DNA of 64,000 nt from Myxococcota bacterium (lineage in GTDB: Bacteria > Myxococcota_A > Polyangia > Nannocystales > Nannocystaceae), in contig JBCCWC010000004.1 in assembly GCA_039194325.1 (NCBI GenBank), positions 96,001 to 160,000 on the forward strand, read 5' to 3'. The position numbers and the translations under genes are program-made. The notes below the pieces were generated by a model. It ran no database searches. It had not been told where the DNA came from and worked only from the letters and a program-made list of their open reading frames with translations. Numbering within the stretch: position 1 is the stretch's first letter; each line of letters begins with the position of its first letter. Shown one piece after another: positions 9,642-23,067 of the stretch.

Positions 9642-10781
9642 GTGAGCGCATCCTCCACCAACCGCCGTCGTCTGTTCGCCCTCGACGCCCTGCGCGGGAT
9701 TGCGGTGTTCCTGATGATCGAGCAGCACGTGGGGATCTGGCTGTGGCAAGGTCTGCGCTCCGGCGAGCGCCACCTCGACTACCCGCTGCTCGTGGGCTTC
9801 AACGCCCTGGGGGGCATGGCCGCGCCGTTGTTCGTGAGCCTGGCCGGGGTGGGCAGCGCGCTCTTTTGCGCCGCGGGCCGGCCCCGCACCGACGTGACCT
9901 TGATCCGCCGTGGGCTGGTGCTCATGCTCTTCGGTCTGGCGCTGAACCTGATGACCCCCAGCTGGTTTTCATGGGGCTCGTGGTTCGTGCTTCACATGAT
10001 GGGCTTTGCCATGGCCCTCGCTCCATTGTGGCGACGGCTGAGCACCCGCACCTTATTGCTCCTGTGCGGAGTGGTGCTCGCGGGCGCAGTGGCGATCCAG
10101 CTGTGGCTGCCCACCCCGATCCCGCTCCACAACGCCCGCATGCGCGATGTGAACTTACCCGGCGGCCCCCTGCGGCTGGCCCTCGCCGAGGGGCAGTTTC
10201 CGATCTTGCCGTGGCTGTGCTTCTACCTGGCGGGCTTTTGCGCGGGTCGGTGGATCAAGGCCGGCCGCCTCGGCCTGGTTGCCCTGCTCGGCCTGTCGTT
10301 CATCGCCGTCGGCGGCGGCGGCCGCCTGCTGCTGCTCGCGGGGGTCAACCATCCCTGGATCGCCCGGGGTTGGGAGCTGCACCTGGGGTTCTTCCCCGCG
10401 TCGGTCGCCATCGCGGGCCTGTTGCTGGGCGGCGCCTTGCTGCTCATCGCCTTTGTCTCGTGGGTGGAGACCAAGCGCCCGATCGCAGAGAACTTCTGGC
10501 TGGTCACCCTGGGCCGGATCTCGCTCACCTTGCTGATGCTCCACGTGGTGCTCTTCCGCGAGCTGAGCCGGCCCAAGCTCGGGCTCCCCTGGCGCTGGCT
10601 ATGGCCCCGGTGGTCGTGGTGGCCCGACTGGCCCGTCAACCTGTGGCACAACCTCTCGGCCGGCACCACGCTCGCGGTGATCTTCGGGTTCGTCGTGCTC
10701 TCGGTGATCGCCTCGCGCTACTGGCAGCGGGTGGGCTATCGCTTCGGCGCAGAGTGGATGCTGCGCAAGATCGCGGGCTGA
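9642..10781 (+). CDS. DUF1624/HGSNAT-like multi-pass membrane protein (putative acyltransferase)
   Basis: RLFALDALRGIAVFLMI, AAPLFVSLAG, FPILPW, LGRISL and EW motifs, with many TM segments. Confidence 0.75.
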   Translation: MSASSTNRRRLFALDALRGIAVFLMIEQHVGIWLWQGLRSGERHLDYPLLVGFNALGGMAAPLFVSLAGVGSALFCAAGRPRTDVTLIRRGLVLMLFGLALNLMTPSWFSWGSWFVLHMMGFAMALAPLWRRLSTRTLLLLCGVVLAGAVAIQLWLPTPIPLHNARMRDVNLPGGPLRLALAEGQFPILPWLCFYLAGFCAGRWIKAGRLGLVALLGLSFIAVGGGGRLLLLAGVNHPWIARGWELHLGFFPASVAIAGLLLGGALLLIAFVSWVETKRPIAENFWLVTLGRISLTLLMLHVVLFRELSRPKLGLPWRWLWPRWSWWPDWPVNLWHNLSAGTTLAVIFGFVVLSVIASRYWQRVGYRFGAEWMLRKIAG

Positions 10782-10905
10782 GGTATCGATCCCGAGGCCG
10801 GCTGGGCGCCCGACGACGACACGACAAAGCCCGGTGCCGCCGGCCGCTCGTGCGGCCTCCGACACCGGGCCCTCTAGTCGCGGTTGCTCCCGCGCCCGAT
10901 CCTAC

Positions 10906-13401
10906 CTAGTGACGCCGACGCCGACGTCCGCGACGCAGCAGCAGCAGCATCACGGCCATCGCCGAGAACCCGGCCGCGCCTCGGCGGCGGGCCTGCGGAT
11001 CGACGCTGGCCTGAGCGCAGCACCCTTCCCGCGTACCGCCCGCGAGCTCGCCCAGTTCGTCGTCGAGATCATCGATCTCGGCCTCGGCAGCGCTCGCCGA
11101 TCCCCCCGCCGCCAGCCCGTTGGGGCGCTGACGATCGTAGACCGCCGCGATCGCCTCCTCGGTCCACTCGCCCACGTAGCGGCTGCCGTTGACGTAGCTT
11201 ATCGGGCTATGGGGCGCACAGTTGCCCAGCACGCATGGTTCCCGCAGAGGCGGCGGCTCACAGCCGAAGCTCGGCTCCACCACCACCTGGTCCTTGAGCT
11301 GCCCTTGGAGCCCATCGAGGAGCATCTGCTCGGTCTTGGCCAGCTCTTCCTCCGGCGTCATCTTCTGGTCGGGGTCGGGCAAGACGCCACACTCGGTCTG
11401 CACCCCATCGATCGCCCGCACGGTGCTGGCCAGCGCGACGACCTGTTCCGGCTCCACGTGGATCCGATACAGGCCCGGCGACTCGGCGATCGGCTCGGCG
11501 CCTGGCGCGGTCACGTAGTGCTCCCACCCCTGGCTGGGCTCACCGTCGTGCTGAATGTAGTAGCCGAATTGGGAGAAACCCTTGAGCACCTTCGTGTCCG
11601 GAGCGTCCGGCAGGTTGATGGTGCCGCCGGTGTCGACAAACCCGTACATCACGTACTTCGGCAGATCCTCGAGCGTGGCGTACTGCGGCTGGTTGTCGAA
11701 GTCTTGCCACGGCTCCACCTCGACGGGCTGCTGCGCATTCATGGGCTCGGGGAGCCCCGCCGCCGGGCTACCGCCGCCACCGGCCCCCGCCAGCGCCCCG
11801 GCCTGTCCCGTGGTCTGACCCGCGGCCTGGCCTATCGGCTGCCCCTCGAGGACCTTCTCAAGCTGCTTGATATTGCCTCCCTCGATGGGGCCGAGCACCA
11901 GCGGCCCTCCGTCGGCACAGCCCCGCAGCGACTGCCCGCTCTCGTTGCACTGCTCGACCGAGGGCATGTTCTCGGTGTGGACCAGCAGGTAGATGTCGTT
12001 GTCGACCTGCCCTTCGGGGAGCATCCGCTCGCTCATGTCGAGATCGACGGGCCGCCGGAACACCGAGGCATCGACCAGATCCATGTTGCGATACACGCTG
12101 TCCCGCTTGAAGTTGATCCCTCCCCCCCCTGGGGTGAGGCGCACGTGCATGCACTGGTGGTCGTTGGTCAGCGAAAGGCCCGAGCTCGCGGGGACCCAGG
12201 GTAGATCCGTCTCGATCTCCCCCTGCCCGCTACCTCCCCCGTAGTTGCCTGCGGCCACCGTCCCGGTGAGCGTAGCGCTGCCGATCTCGTCCCAGCTGGC
12301 CCCATTCCACGTGGACCACTGCAAGCCCCAGTTGGCGATGCTGAAGGTCGCCTCGAGGTCGTCGGTGACGAGGCTGTTGCTGGTGTCGTTGAAGAACCCC
12401 GCCCGCAGGCGTGCACCGACGAGCTTGGGGATCGTATAACCGGGGTACTCGTACAGCACGGTCGAATTGGGCAAGGGGGCCATGGTGGTCTGGTAGTCCG
12501 AGCCCACCATCTGGCGTATGACCTCCACCCCCTCGCACGACGCGGAGCTCCCTGTGGTCACGTGCGTCCACAGGTTGTCGATGCTGGCCACCGGCAATCC
12601 CCCGGGCAGCGACGGGAAGCCCGAGCTGAACACCAGGCAGTCGTTGCTGGAGGGCGTCAGCGGGTCGCACAGCAGCGGATACTCCACCGCAGAGCCCGAG
12701 GTCCCCTGCATGTACATCACCGCGTTGGCGTAGACCCGCAGGTCGGACCAGGCCTCTCCGGTCGCGAGATCCACCGGGATCTCGAGCGCGAACTTCAGCT
12801 TCCAGTCATAGTTGAACCCGCCGTTGGCGAAGTAGCGCCTGACCTCCACCCAGGGGTCGAGCACCGTCCAGTCGGTCGAAGGGTTGTTCACGTCCAAGGT
12901 CGACCACGAGACCGTGGCACCCACGGTGGCCTGCGAGTACTTCACCCACGAAGACGTGATCGCCTTGCCCTGGCCAGAGCAGGACAGGAGCGGCGAACAC
13001 ACCCCCAGCGGCTGGAACTGGATGAACAGATCCGGCTCCGTGCCCGAGGGATCGCTGACCGCCACCATCACGATGTCCTGGTTTTGGTCGAAGGTGGGGT
13101 CGCCGTTGATGTCGAACTCGAAGAACAGCCGCTTCGAGGGCTTGTCCCAGATCACCCGCCCCGAGCCCACCGGAGGCGCGGCCGAGCCCACGTCGTAGAT
13201 CGAGGTCGCCCCCGTCCATCGGGTCTCCCGCTGCGCATCGGTCAGCGACAGATCCCACCACTCGGGATACTTGGGCTGCGGACCAGGCACTCCATTGGCC
13301 TGCTCCGCGCACAGCTCGTCGGTACCCGCCTGGGCCGGCGGTGCCCCGACCAGCATCGCCAGCATCAACCCCAAAACTCCTAGCCAATATCTGTCACCCA
13401 C
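10906..13401 (-). CDS. Large secreted surface protein with MYXO-CTERM-like tail, function unknown
   Basis: Signal peptide ending AQA. C-terminus is GCC, spacer, hydrophobic segment, RRGRRRRRH. GTG start with GGAG upstream. Confidence 0.75.
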   Translation of the reverse strand: MGDRYWLGVLGLMLAMLVGAPPAQAGTDELCAEQANGVPGPQPKYPEWWDLSLTDAQRETRWTGATSIYDVGSAAPPVGSGRVIWDKPSKRLFFEFDINGDPTFDQNQDIVMVAVSDPSGTEPDLFIQFQPLGVCSPLLSCSGQGKAITSSWVKYSQATVGATVSWSTLDVNNPSTDWTVLDPWVEVRRYFANGGFNYDWKLKFALEIPVDLATGEAWSDLRVYANAVMYMQGTSGSAVEYPLLCDPLTPSSNDCLVFSSGFPSLPGGLPVASIDNLWTHVTTGSSASCEGVEVIRQMVGSDYQTTMAPLPNSTVLYEYPGYTIPKLVGARLRAGFFNDTSNSLVTDDLEATFSIANWGLQWSTWNGASWDEIGSATLTGTVAAGNYGGGSGQGEIETDLPWVPASSGLSLTNDHQCMHVRLTPGGGGINFKRDSVYRNMDLVDASVFRRPVDLDMSERMLPEGQVDNDIYLLVHTENMPSVEQCNESGQSLRGCADGGPLVLGPIEGGNIKQLEKVLEGQPIGQAAGQTTGQAGALAGAGGGGSPAAGLPEPMNAQQPVEVEPWQDFDNQPQYATLEDLPKYVMYGFVDTGGTINLPDAPDTKVLKGFSQFGYYIQHDGEPSQGWEHYVTAPGAEPIAESPGLYRIHVEPEQVVALASTVRAIDGVQTECGVLPDPDQKMTPEEELAKTEQMLLDGLQGQLKDQVVVEPSFGCEPPPLREPCVLGNCAPHSPISYVNGSRYVGEWTEEAIAAVYDRQRPNGLAAGGSASAAEAEIDDLDDELGELAGGTREGCCAQASVDPQARRRGAAGFSAMAVMLLLLRRGRRRRRH

Positions 13402-13833
13402 GACTCTGCTCTCCTGACCCGCCGGTCTCTCGATCACCACGGGGAAACCGCAACAGCCAACATGGCGATACGACTTCCGCTCCCCCTCCCCCGGGTAAGC
13501 CATCCGGCGCCCGGCGAGTATAAGAGGAAGCTCGGCGCGGGTGTACACGCCCGTGTGGTCATGTCATAGCGAGCAGTTTCGCTCGCACAACGCCCGAGCA
13601 GTGACAACGCCCCGTCAATGTCTCGTGACCGTCACGGCCACTACGGCTATCGACGATCACCCCGGCGATCCTCGTTCCGCGCTCCGTCTCCCCCGATCTT
13701 CGGTCGCCGGCCACGGCTCAACTCGGTGAGCCTCATCGCAAAAAAAGCACCAAAAACCCGAGGACGATACCAGGGCTGCGGTGACTTGGCGGCCGTGAGA
13801 CGGATGGCAGGCAGCCGAGGGAGGGCGCGAGTC

Positions 13834-15537
13834 ATGATCGTTCGCACGCTGGGCCTGGGAGCGCTGGTGAGCGCGGCCGGGTGCTACACCGGCATGCACG
13901 ACCACACCGCGCCCGACGATGATGGGAGCGCGGACGTGGGGCCCACCGAGCCCGGCGACGACGACGAGCCCGGCGACGAGCCCTTGGCCTGCGACGGCCA
14001 GTTCGCGGTGGTGGCCCCTCGAGCGATGCGCCGGCTGACCCCAGCGCAGTACGAGAACACCATGCGCGACCTGCTGGGCGATCCTGGATTCGTCGCCGAG
14101 TACGACGCGACCGAGCCGGTGATCGCCGAGCGCGGGGTTCGGCAGCTCCGCGACGGCGCCGAGCTGGCGCTGACCCGCCGCGACCAGTGGACCGTCCCGG
14201 TGTTCCCGTGCGAGATCACCGGCGGCGAACAAGCGGGCTGCGCCGAGGCGTTCATCGAGTCCTTCGCCCCGCGAGCCTTCCGACGGCCCCTGCGAGACGA
14301 GGAGCGCCAGTGGCTGCTCGATGTTTACCTCGACGCTCGCGGCCAGATCGGCTTCGCCGACGCCATGGAGGTGCTCGCGAGCACCGTGCTCCAGGCTCCC
14401 TCGCTGGTCTACCTCGAGGAGCAGGGCACCCCCGTGCAGGGCGCCCCCGACGAGATCCGCAAGCTCACCGACCACGAGCTGGCTAGCCGCCTGAGCTACT
14501 TCTTGTGGGACACCATGCCCGACGACACGCTGCGCGAGTCCGCGGACGCCGGGCGGCTCCACGGCGAGGACGAGCTGCACGCCCAAGTAGAGCGCATGCT
14601 GGCCGATCCCCGCGCCCAGCAGCGGCTGCAGGGGCTAATGTGGACCTGGCTGCAGCTCGACGGCGGCATGCTGCACTTCTCGCTCGAAGACGCCGACAAG
14701 CAGCCCGAGCTCTACCCCGAGTACGACCCCGCCCTGCAAGACGCGATGCGCGTGGAGCTCGAGGCGTTCGTCGCCGACGTGCTCACCAGCGACGCGAGCT
14801 TCGAGCGGTTGATGACCAGCAACCGTGCCTACGTCAACGCCCCGCTGGCCGCGCTCTACGGCGTGGACGCGGGCCCGCTGGGCCCCGACCAGTGGACCTG
14901 GGTGGACCTTCCCGCCGCGCAGCGCAGCGGGCTGCTCACCCGGGCCGCGTTCCTCACCGTGTTCGCCAGCACCGCCGCCCAGTCGCCGATCCGCCGCGGC
15001 ACCTTCACCCTCGAGGAGGTGCTGTGCATGGAGCTCGGTGACCCGCCGCCCGACGTCGACGACAGCCCGATCGACGGCGGCGAGCAGCCCGAGGGCGAGG
15101 TGCTCACCGTGCGCCAGGCCACCGACGCCCGCACCGGCGACGGCCAGTGTTTCAGCTGCCATGGCCTCATCAACCCGGTGGGCTACGCGTTCGAGCACTA
15201 CGACGCGATCGGTCGCTGGCAAGACCAGGAGGTGCAGAGCGGTCTGCCGGTGGACTCCAGCGGCCAGCTGCAGGGGACCGACGTCGACGGCCCGGTCGCC
15301 GACGCCCTGGAGCTGTCCCAACGTCTGGCGGGCAGCGACCAGGTCCGCCGCTGCTTCGCCACCCGGTGGTTTGAGGAGGCGCTCGGCGGAGCGGTGGGCG
15401 AGCTCGACGGCTGCGCCCACGACCGGATCGTGGAGGCCTTCACCGCCGGAGGCGACCTGCGTGAGTTGGTCAGCGCCATCGTGCTCAGCGACAGCTTCCG
15501 TCACGTCAACCTGGGATCGATCGAGCAAGGAGAGTAG
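13834..15537 (+). CDS. DUF1592/1588/1595 (PSD/PSCyt) domain lipoprotein
   Basis: AAGC lipobox, RRLTPAQYENTMRDLLG, RAFRRPL, ELASRLSYFLWDTMPD, RSGLLT, SPIRRG, CFSCH and FEHYDAIGRW motifs. Confidence 0.9.
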   Translation: MIVRTLGLGALVSAAGCYTGMHDHTAPDDDGSADVGPTEPGDDDEPGDEPLACDGQFAVVAPRAMRRLTPAQYENTMRDLLGDPGFVAEYDATEPVIAERGVRQLRDGAELALTRRDQWTVPVFPCEITGGEQAGCAEAFIESFAPRAFRRPLRDEERQWLLDVYLDARGQIGFADAMEVLASTVLQAPSLVYLEEQGTPVQGAPDEIRKLTDHELASRLSYFLWDTMPDDTLRESADAGRLHGEDELHAQVERMLADPRAQQRLQGLMWTWLQLDGGMLHFSLEDADKQPELYPEYDPALQDAMRVELEAFVADVLTSDASFERLMTSNRAYVNAPLAALYGVDAGPLGPDQWTWVDLPAAQRSGLLTRAAFLTVFASTAAQSPIRRGTFTLEEVLCMELGDPPPDVDDSPIDGGEQPEGEVLTVRQATDARTGDGQCFSCHGLINPVGYAFEHYDAIGRWQDQEVQSGLPVDSSGQLQGTDVDGPVADALELSQRLAGSDQVRRCFATRWFEEALGGAVGELDGCAHDRIVEAFTAGGDLRELVSAIVLSDSFRHVNLGSIEQGE

Positions 15538-15542
15538 GGACG

Positions 15543-17006
15543 ATGGTCGAACAGCTCAAGCACTCGGGCCGCCGAGCCTTCTTGCGAGCCGCGGGGGGCA
15601 CCGCCCTGGCCCTGCCCCTGTTGGAGTACACCCACGGCCATGCCTGGGCCGCCGATGGCGACGCCAACCTGCGCTTTGTCACCGTGTTCACCCATGGCGG
15701 CACGATCTCCAACATGAACAAGACCACCCGCTACGACGGGACCGGCAATGGGCACGGCCTGGACCTGTGGCGACCAGCCGATCCTTCTGGCCCCGAGCTC
15801 GTGCTCGGGCCGATCCACGAGCCGCTCACCCCGTGGCGCGACAAGCTGGTGGTGGTGGAGGGGATCGACAACCGGGCCGCGATCGCTCAGGACCAGTACG
15901 GCCTGGGCGGGCACGACACCTCCAATGCGAGCGTGCTGACCGCGGGCGACGTGACCGGGACCGAGTCGGTCGCGCTGGCCCACAGCGCCAGCATCGACCA
16001 CGTGGTGGCCCAGCGCCTCGCCGCCCGGCAGCCGGTGCCCTTCGACTCGATCCACCTGCGGATCGCGGGACACCAGTACGGCTCGCCCTACTTCACCGGC
16101 CCGCAGCAGATCGTCTCGGGCGAGAGCAGCCCCCGGGCGGCGTTCGACACGATCTTCGACGGCGTGACCGGAGGGCAGCCCGATCCGCAGATCGTGCTGC
16201 GCAACACCAAGCGCTCCTCGATACTCGGCGGGCTGCTGGACGGCTACTCCGACTTCCACCAGCGGGTGAGCGCTCGCGATCGCCACGTGATCGAGGCCCA
16301 CCTCGACCATCTCCGCTCGCTGGAGCAGCAGATCCAAGATCCGGTGATCTGCAGCCCGCCCATCGGGATCGACGAGGACGACGCCCCTGGTGACGTGGTC
16401 GGCCCGCTGATGGCCGACGTCATCGTCGCCGCGCTGCGCTGCGGCCTGACCAACGTAGCCAACCTCGAGATCTCCGACATCCTCTCGCCGTGGACCAGCG
16501 CGGGCCATCTGGAGTCGGGCCTGGGCCTGGACTTCGCGATCGGACACGCGCTGCACCACCAAGCCCGCGACATTGGACCTACCGGCCCGCATTCGTCGCT
16601 GTACGACGACTGGATGACCTACACCCTGGAGAATCGTCGCTGGCGCATGAGCCTCGTCGCGCGATTGCTCGAAGGCCTCGACGACCCCGATTTCCCCGAA
16701 GGCGACGGCACCCTGCTCGACAACAGCCTGCTGCTGTGCACTAGCGAGTTCAGCAACGGCTCGCGTCACTCCGGCTGGAACCTACCCGTGCTACTGGCCG
16801 GCAGCGCCGGTGGGGCGATCGAGACGGGACGCTTCGTTACCTACAACCAGGCGGCCCAAGCCGATCCGAACACCCTCCAGTACGACAGCCAGGAATCGGT
16901 GCACAACCTCTACACCTCGATCCTCCAGGCGCTCGGCGAGGGCGACGATCACTTTGGCAACGGCGACGCGGCGCACCAGGGGCCGCTGCCGGGGCTGGTG
17001 GGCTGA
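15543..17006 (+). CDS. DUF1552 domain protein
   Basis: GRRAFLR...LALPLLE leader, SIDHVVA, EGDGTLLDNSLL, SEFSNG..H...LPVLLAG motifs. Follows the DUF1592 gene. Confidence 0.88.
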   Translation: MVEQLKHSGRRAFLRAAGGTALALPLLEYTHGHAWAADGDANLRFVTVFTHGGTISNMNKTTRYDGTGNGHGLDLWRPADPSGPELVLGPIHEPLTPWRDKLVVVEGIDNRAAIAQDQYGLGGHDTSNASVLTAGDVTGTESVALAHSASIDHVVAQRLAARQPVPFDSIHLRIAGHQYGSPYFTGPQQIVSGESSPRAAFDTIFDGVTGGQPDPQIVLRNTKRSSILGGLLDGYSDFHQRVSARDRHVIEAHLDHLRSLEQQIQDPVICSPPIGIDEDDAPGDVVGPLMADVIVAALRCGLTNVANLEISDILSPWTSAGHLESGLGLDFAIGHALHHQARDIGPTGPHSSLYDDWMTYTLENRRWRMSLVARLLEGLDDPDFPEGDGTLLDNSLLLCTSEFSNGSRHSGWNLPVLLAGSAGGAIETGRFVTYNQAAQADPNTLQYDSQESVHNLYTSILQALGEGDDHFGNGDAAHQGPLPGLVG

Positions 17007-17017
17007 GTGAAGTTGTC

Positions 17018-17132
17018 TATGCCTCGGCCGGCTCGGGATGCGCGACTGCGTCGCGCCCGGCCTCGGTCTTGAACTGTTTATGCCTCGGCCGGCTCGGGAT
17101 GCGCGACTGCGTCGCGCCCGGCCTCGGTCTTG
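17018..17132. repeat. Two tandem REP-like palindromic elements (54 bp identical, period 61)
   Basis: TATGCCTCGGCCGGCTCGGGATGCGCGACTGCGTCGCGCCCGGCCTCGGTCTTG at 17018-17071 and 17079-17132. Confidence 0.9.
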
Positions 17133-17685
17133 CCCTTGTGTACCGAGGGTGGTTCGGTGGCCGAGGGCGGTCAGGGGCTCTCGGACGGGCTGTTTGGGCC
17201 GGCTTCCCGAGCGGTCTCTGCCGCTGAAGCCTCGGAGGGCGCCGGACCGGGGGCATCGGCGTCATCCGATCTCAACCGGACGATGAGCCGCCCTTCACGA
17301 TCTTGGGGACCGTCGACGAGAAGGCTGGTGAGACTCGAGGCAGGGCGATGAACCATGATCGTTGAGCGCTGTGTATTGGGCTTCCCCCGACCAAGACCAT
17401 CCTTACACTAGATCCCCGCGAGTTTTCATCGGGGCTTCACTACAATCATTACACCCCAGTGCAACCACGGGCAGGCCGAGCATGTTCATAGTGTGAGGTC
17501 GGATCGGAAGGCCAGCTTCGGTTCAGTCTCGTAAGGGAAGTGCTCATGGTCAATGATCACAGTGGTGAAACAAAGCGGACACATGCGTACCGGTCGGAAG
17601 GATCCGATCCGCTCGTGCCAGCCTGCCGGCCCCTCGGGTCGCCGATGGTCTGCATTAGCATCGAGCGCTGGTGTCGAGCAGGGGT

Positions 17686-20703
<3,018 letters not shown>

Positions 20704-20767
20704 CTCGGTCCGGCCTCGATCTTTTTCGCGCTTGAACCCCCGCGGCTGGGCTGGATATCGTGGCGGC

Positions 20768-22255
20768 GTGGAGGAGGACGCCAGCGGTCGCCACGCCCGC
20801 GGGCTGCTGCCGGGCACCCGCATGGGTCGCTACACGCTGCTTCACCGGCTGGCAGCGGGAGGGATGGCCGAGCTCTACGTGGCTCGACAAGGCGGGATCG
20901 AGGGCTTCGAGAAGATCGTGGCCCTCAAGCGGGTGCTGCCTCATCTGGCCGAGGACCCCCAGTTCGTCAAGATGTTCCTCGACGAGGCCCGCTTTGCTGC
21001 CTCGCTCGATCACCCCAACATCGCGCACGTCACCGACATCGGCGAGGAAAACGGCGAGTACTTCTTCGCCATGGAGTACGTGCACGGAGCCAATCTCCTC
21101 GACGTGCTCCGCCGCAGCGATCACGTACCGCTGCCTCGCGACTGTGCGCTGGCTATCGTGGTGGGCGTGGCGGCGGCGCTGCACCATGCTCACGAACAGC
21201 TCGGACCCGACGGGCGCCCGCTGGGGTTGGTGCATCGCGATGTCTCCCCCAGCAACGTGCTGATCTCCCACAACGGCGCGGTCAAGCTGACCGACTTCGG
21301 CATCGCCCGAGCCGCGGCCCGCACCTCGGTCACCCAGGGCCAGACCAAGGGCAAGGCCGGCTACATGTCTCCCGAGCAGTGCCGCGGCGACCGACTCGAC
21401 CGGCGCAGCGACGTGTTCGCCCTGGGGATCCTGCTATATGAGGTCACCACCGGGGTCCGGGCCTTCTATGCACCCAACGACTACGCGATCCTGGGTCGTA
21501 TCGCGCGCGCCGACTATATCCCGCCCATCGAGATCGACCCCAGCTACCCCGAGGGGCTCACGCGGATCGTGCAGCGAGCCCTGGCCAAGGAGCCCGAGGG
21601 TCGCTACCCCACCGCCGAAGCCCTGCAGATCGAGGTGGAGGAGCTGGCCCGGGTCGAGGGGCTACGCCTGTCGACCGTGGAGCTCAGCCGGCACATGAAG
21701 GCGCTCTTTGGGTCGCCGGCCCATCCGCACACCGACCTGGGTGCGTTGCCACCGGTCGAGCCCGAGCCGCCCTCCGAGCGGTCTTCCAGCGAACCGCCGG
21801 ACCCGCCCGTCGTCGTGACCGCCCGCTTGCCGTGGATGCTGGCCGGCGCCGGGCTGGCGACCGCCGTGGCGACCGCAATCTCGCTGTGGCCGCGCGAGCC
21901 CGAGCCGGCTGGCCGTGCGGGGGGCCCGACGCCGGTGACCGCACCGGTCGAACACGAGGACGCCGTCATGGCCGGCCCCTCGACGCTACCGCAGGCGATG
22001 ACCGCGAGCGACCCCAAAACGACCGACGAGCGCGCGGCCGGCCGAGAATCTGAGCCCGAGTCACCGGATTCTACAGAGGTGGCGGGGGCAAACACGGCGG
22101 CCGAGACGGCGCCGACCACCGAGACCGAGACCGCCCCCGAGGCAGAGCGCACTCCTGCGCGGCGGTCCAAAAAGAAGAAGCGCCGTAAGAACAACAAGGC
22201 CACAAAGAACACGGACGATCGCAATTCCCTCTACCCTCCGGGAATGCGCCCATGA
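20768..22255 (+). CDS. Ser/Thr protein kinase, membrane anchored
   Basis: AAGGMA, VALK, HRDVSPSNV, DFG and GKAGYMSPE motifs. TM segment and low-complexity tail. Confidence 0.93.
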   Translation: MEEDASGRHARGLLPGTRMGRYTLLHRLAAGGMAELYVARQGGIEGFEKIVALKRVLPHLAEDPQFVKMFLDEARFAASLDHPNIAHVTDIGEENGEYFFAMEYVHGANLLDVLRRSDHVPLPRDCALAIVVGVAAALHHAHEQLGPDGRPLGLVHRDVSPSNVLISHNGAVKLTDFGIARAAARTSVTQGQTKGKAGYMSPEQCRGDRLDRRSDVFALGILLYEVTTGVRAFYAPNDYAILGRIARADYIPPIEIDPSYPEGLTRIVQRALAKEPEGRYPTAEALQIEVEELARVEGLRLSTVELSRHMKALFGSPAHPHTDLGALPPVEPEPPSERSSSEPPDPPVVVTARLPWMLAGAGLATAVATAISLWPREPEPAGRAGGPTPVTAPVEHEDAVMAGPSTLPQAMTASDPKTTDERAAGRESEPESPDSTEVAGANTAAETAPTTETETAPEAERTPARRSKKKKRRKNNKATKNTDDRNSLYPPGMRP

Positions 22256-23016
22256 ACGCCTCATTGCTCGTCGCCCTGCTCGCGCTGGCGGCTCCACAAA
22301 AAGGGGAGCCCAAGGGAGAGGCGGCCCGGCAAGCCGAGGCCGCCTTCGAAGCGGGCGACTACAAGACCGCGATCTCGGCCGCTCGCCAGGCCTACATCGA
22401 CGAAGGCGACCCGGTCTATCTGTATGTGCAGGCCCAGGCCGAGCGCTTTGGCGGGCGATGCGACGAGGCTATCGTCCACTACCGCGAGTTCGTCCAGGCG
22501 GTACCGCAGGGGCCGGCGGCCAACGCGGCGCGAGACAACATCACCGAGTGCGAGCAAGCCTTGGCCAAGGCCGAGACCGCCTCGGCATCGGAGCCCGATC
22601 CGGTCGCTCCGCTCGGTCCCTTGGAGCCCGATGCATCGAGCGCCGAGGATCCATCCACCAAGGCATCCTCGGAGTCGGAGTCGGAGTCGGGGCCGAGCGA
22701 TCGAGACCGCAGCTGGATCCGCGACCCCTGGGGCGGCGCGCTGGTCGGCGTGGGTGTGGTCGCCCTCGCGGTGGGTGGGGGCTTCTACGGTCAGGCACGC
22801 CGCGACGCTCGCGAGGCCCGAGCCGCCGACAACGTGGTGACCTACGGCGAGCAGATCGACCGCGCCATCGTGCTCAGCCGGGCGGGGATCCCCGTGATGG
22901 CGGCGGGTGGCGCCCTGGTGGTCGCCGGGGTCGTGCGATGGATCGTGGTGGCTCGTCGGGGCGCGACCGCCGAGCGGCTCACGCTACGACCTGGCGGGTT
23001 CGAACTGCGCTTTTGA
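22252..23016 (+). CDS. Exported TPR-like protein with C-terminal hydrophobic segments
   Basis: Signal peptide, FEAGDYKTAI..AY and AQAERFGGRCDEAIVHYREF. ATGA overlap with the kinase. Confidence 0.75.
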   Translation: MNASLLVALLALAAPQKGEPKGEAARQAEAAFEAGDYKTAISAARQAYIDEGDPVYLYVQAQAERFGGRCDEAIVHYREFVQAVPQGPAANAARDNITECEQALAKAETASASEPDPVAPLGPLEPDASSAEDPSTKASSESESESGPSDRDRSWIRDPWGGALVGVGVVALAVGGGFYGQARRDAREARAADNVVTYGEQIDRAIVLSRAGIPVMAAGGALVVAGVVRWIVVARRGATAERLTLRPGGFELRF

Positions 23017-23067
23017 GTCCTACGTAGATCCATCCCGACCACGAACGAGGGGCGCAGGGCAATCTGC

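Noticed and set aside
17171..17356. 61-aa minus-strand ORF between the REP pair and the kinase
   Set aside because: It has no motif and is low-complexity. It could be real but cannot be supported from sequence alone.
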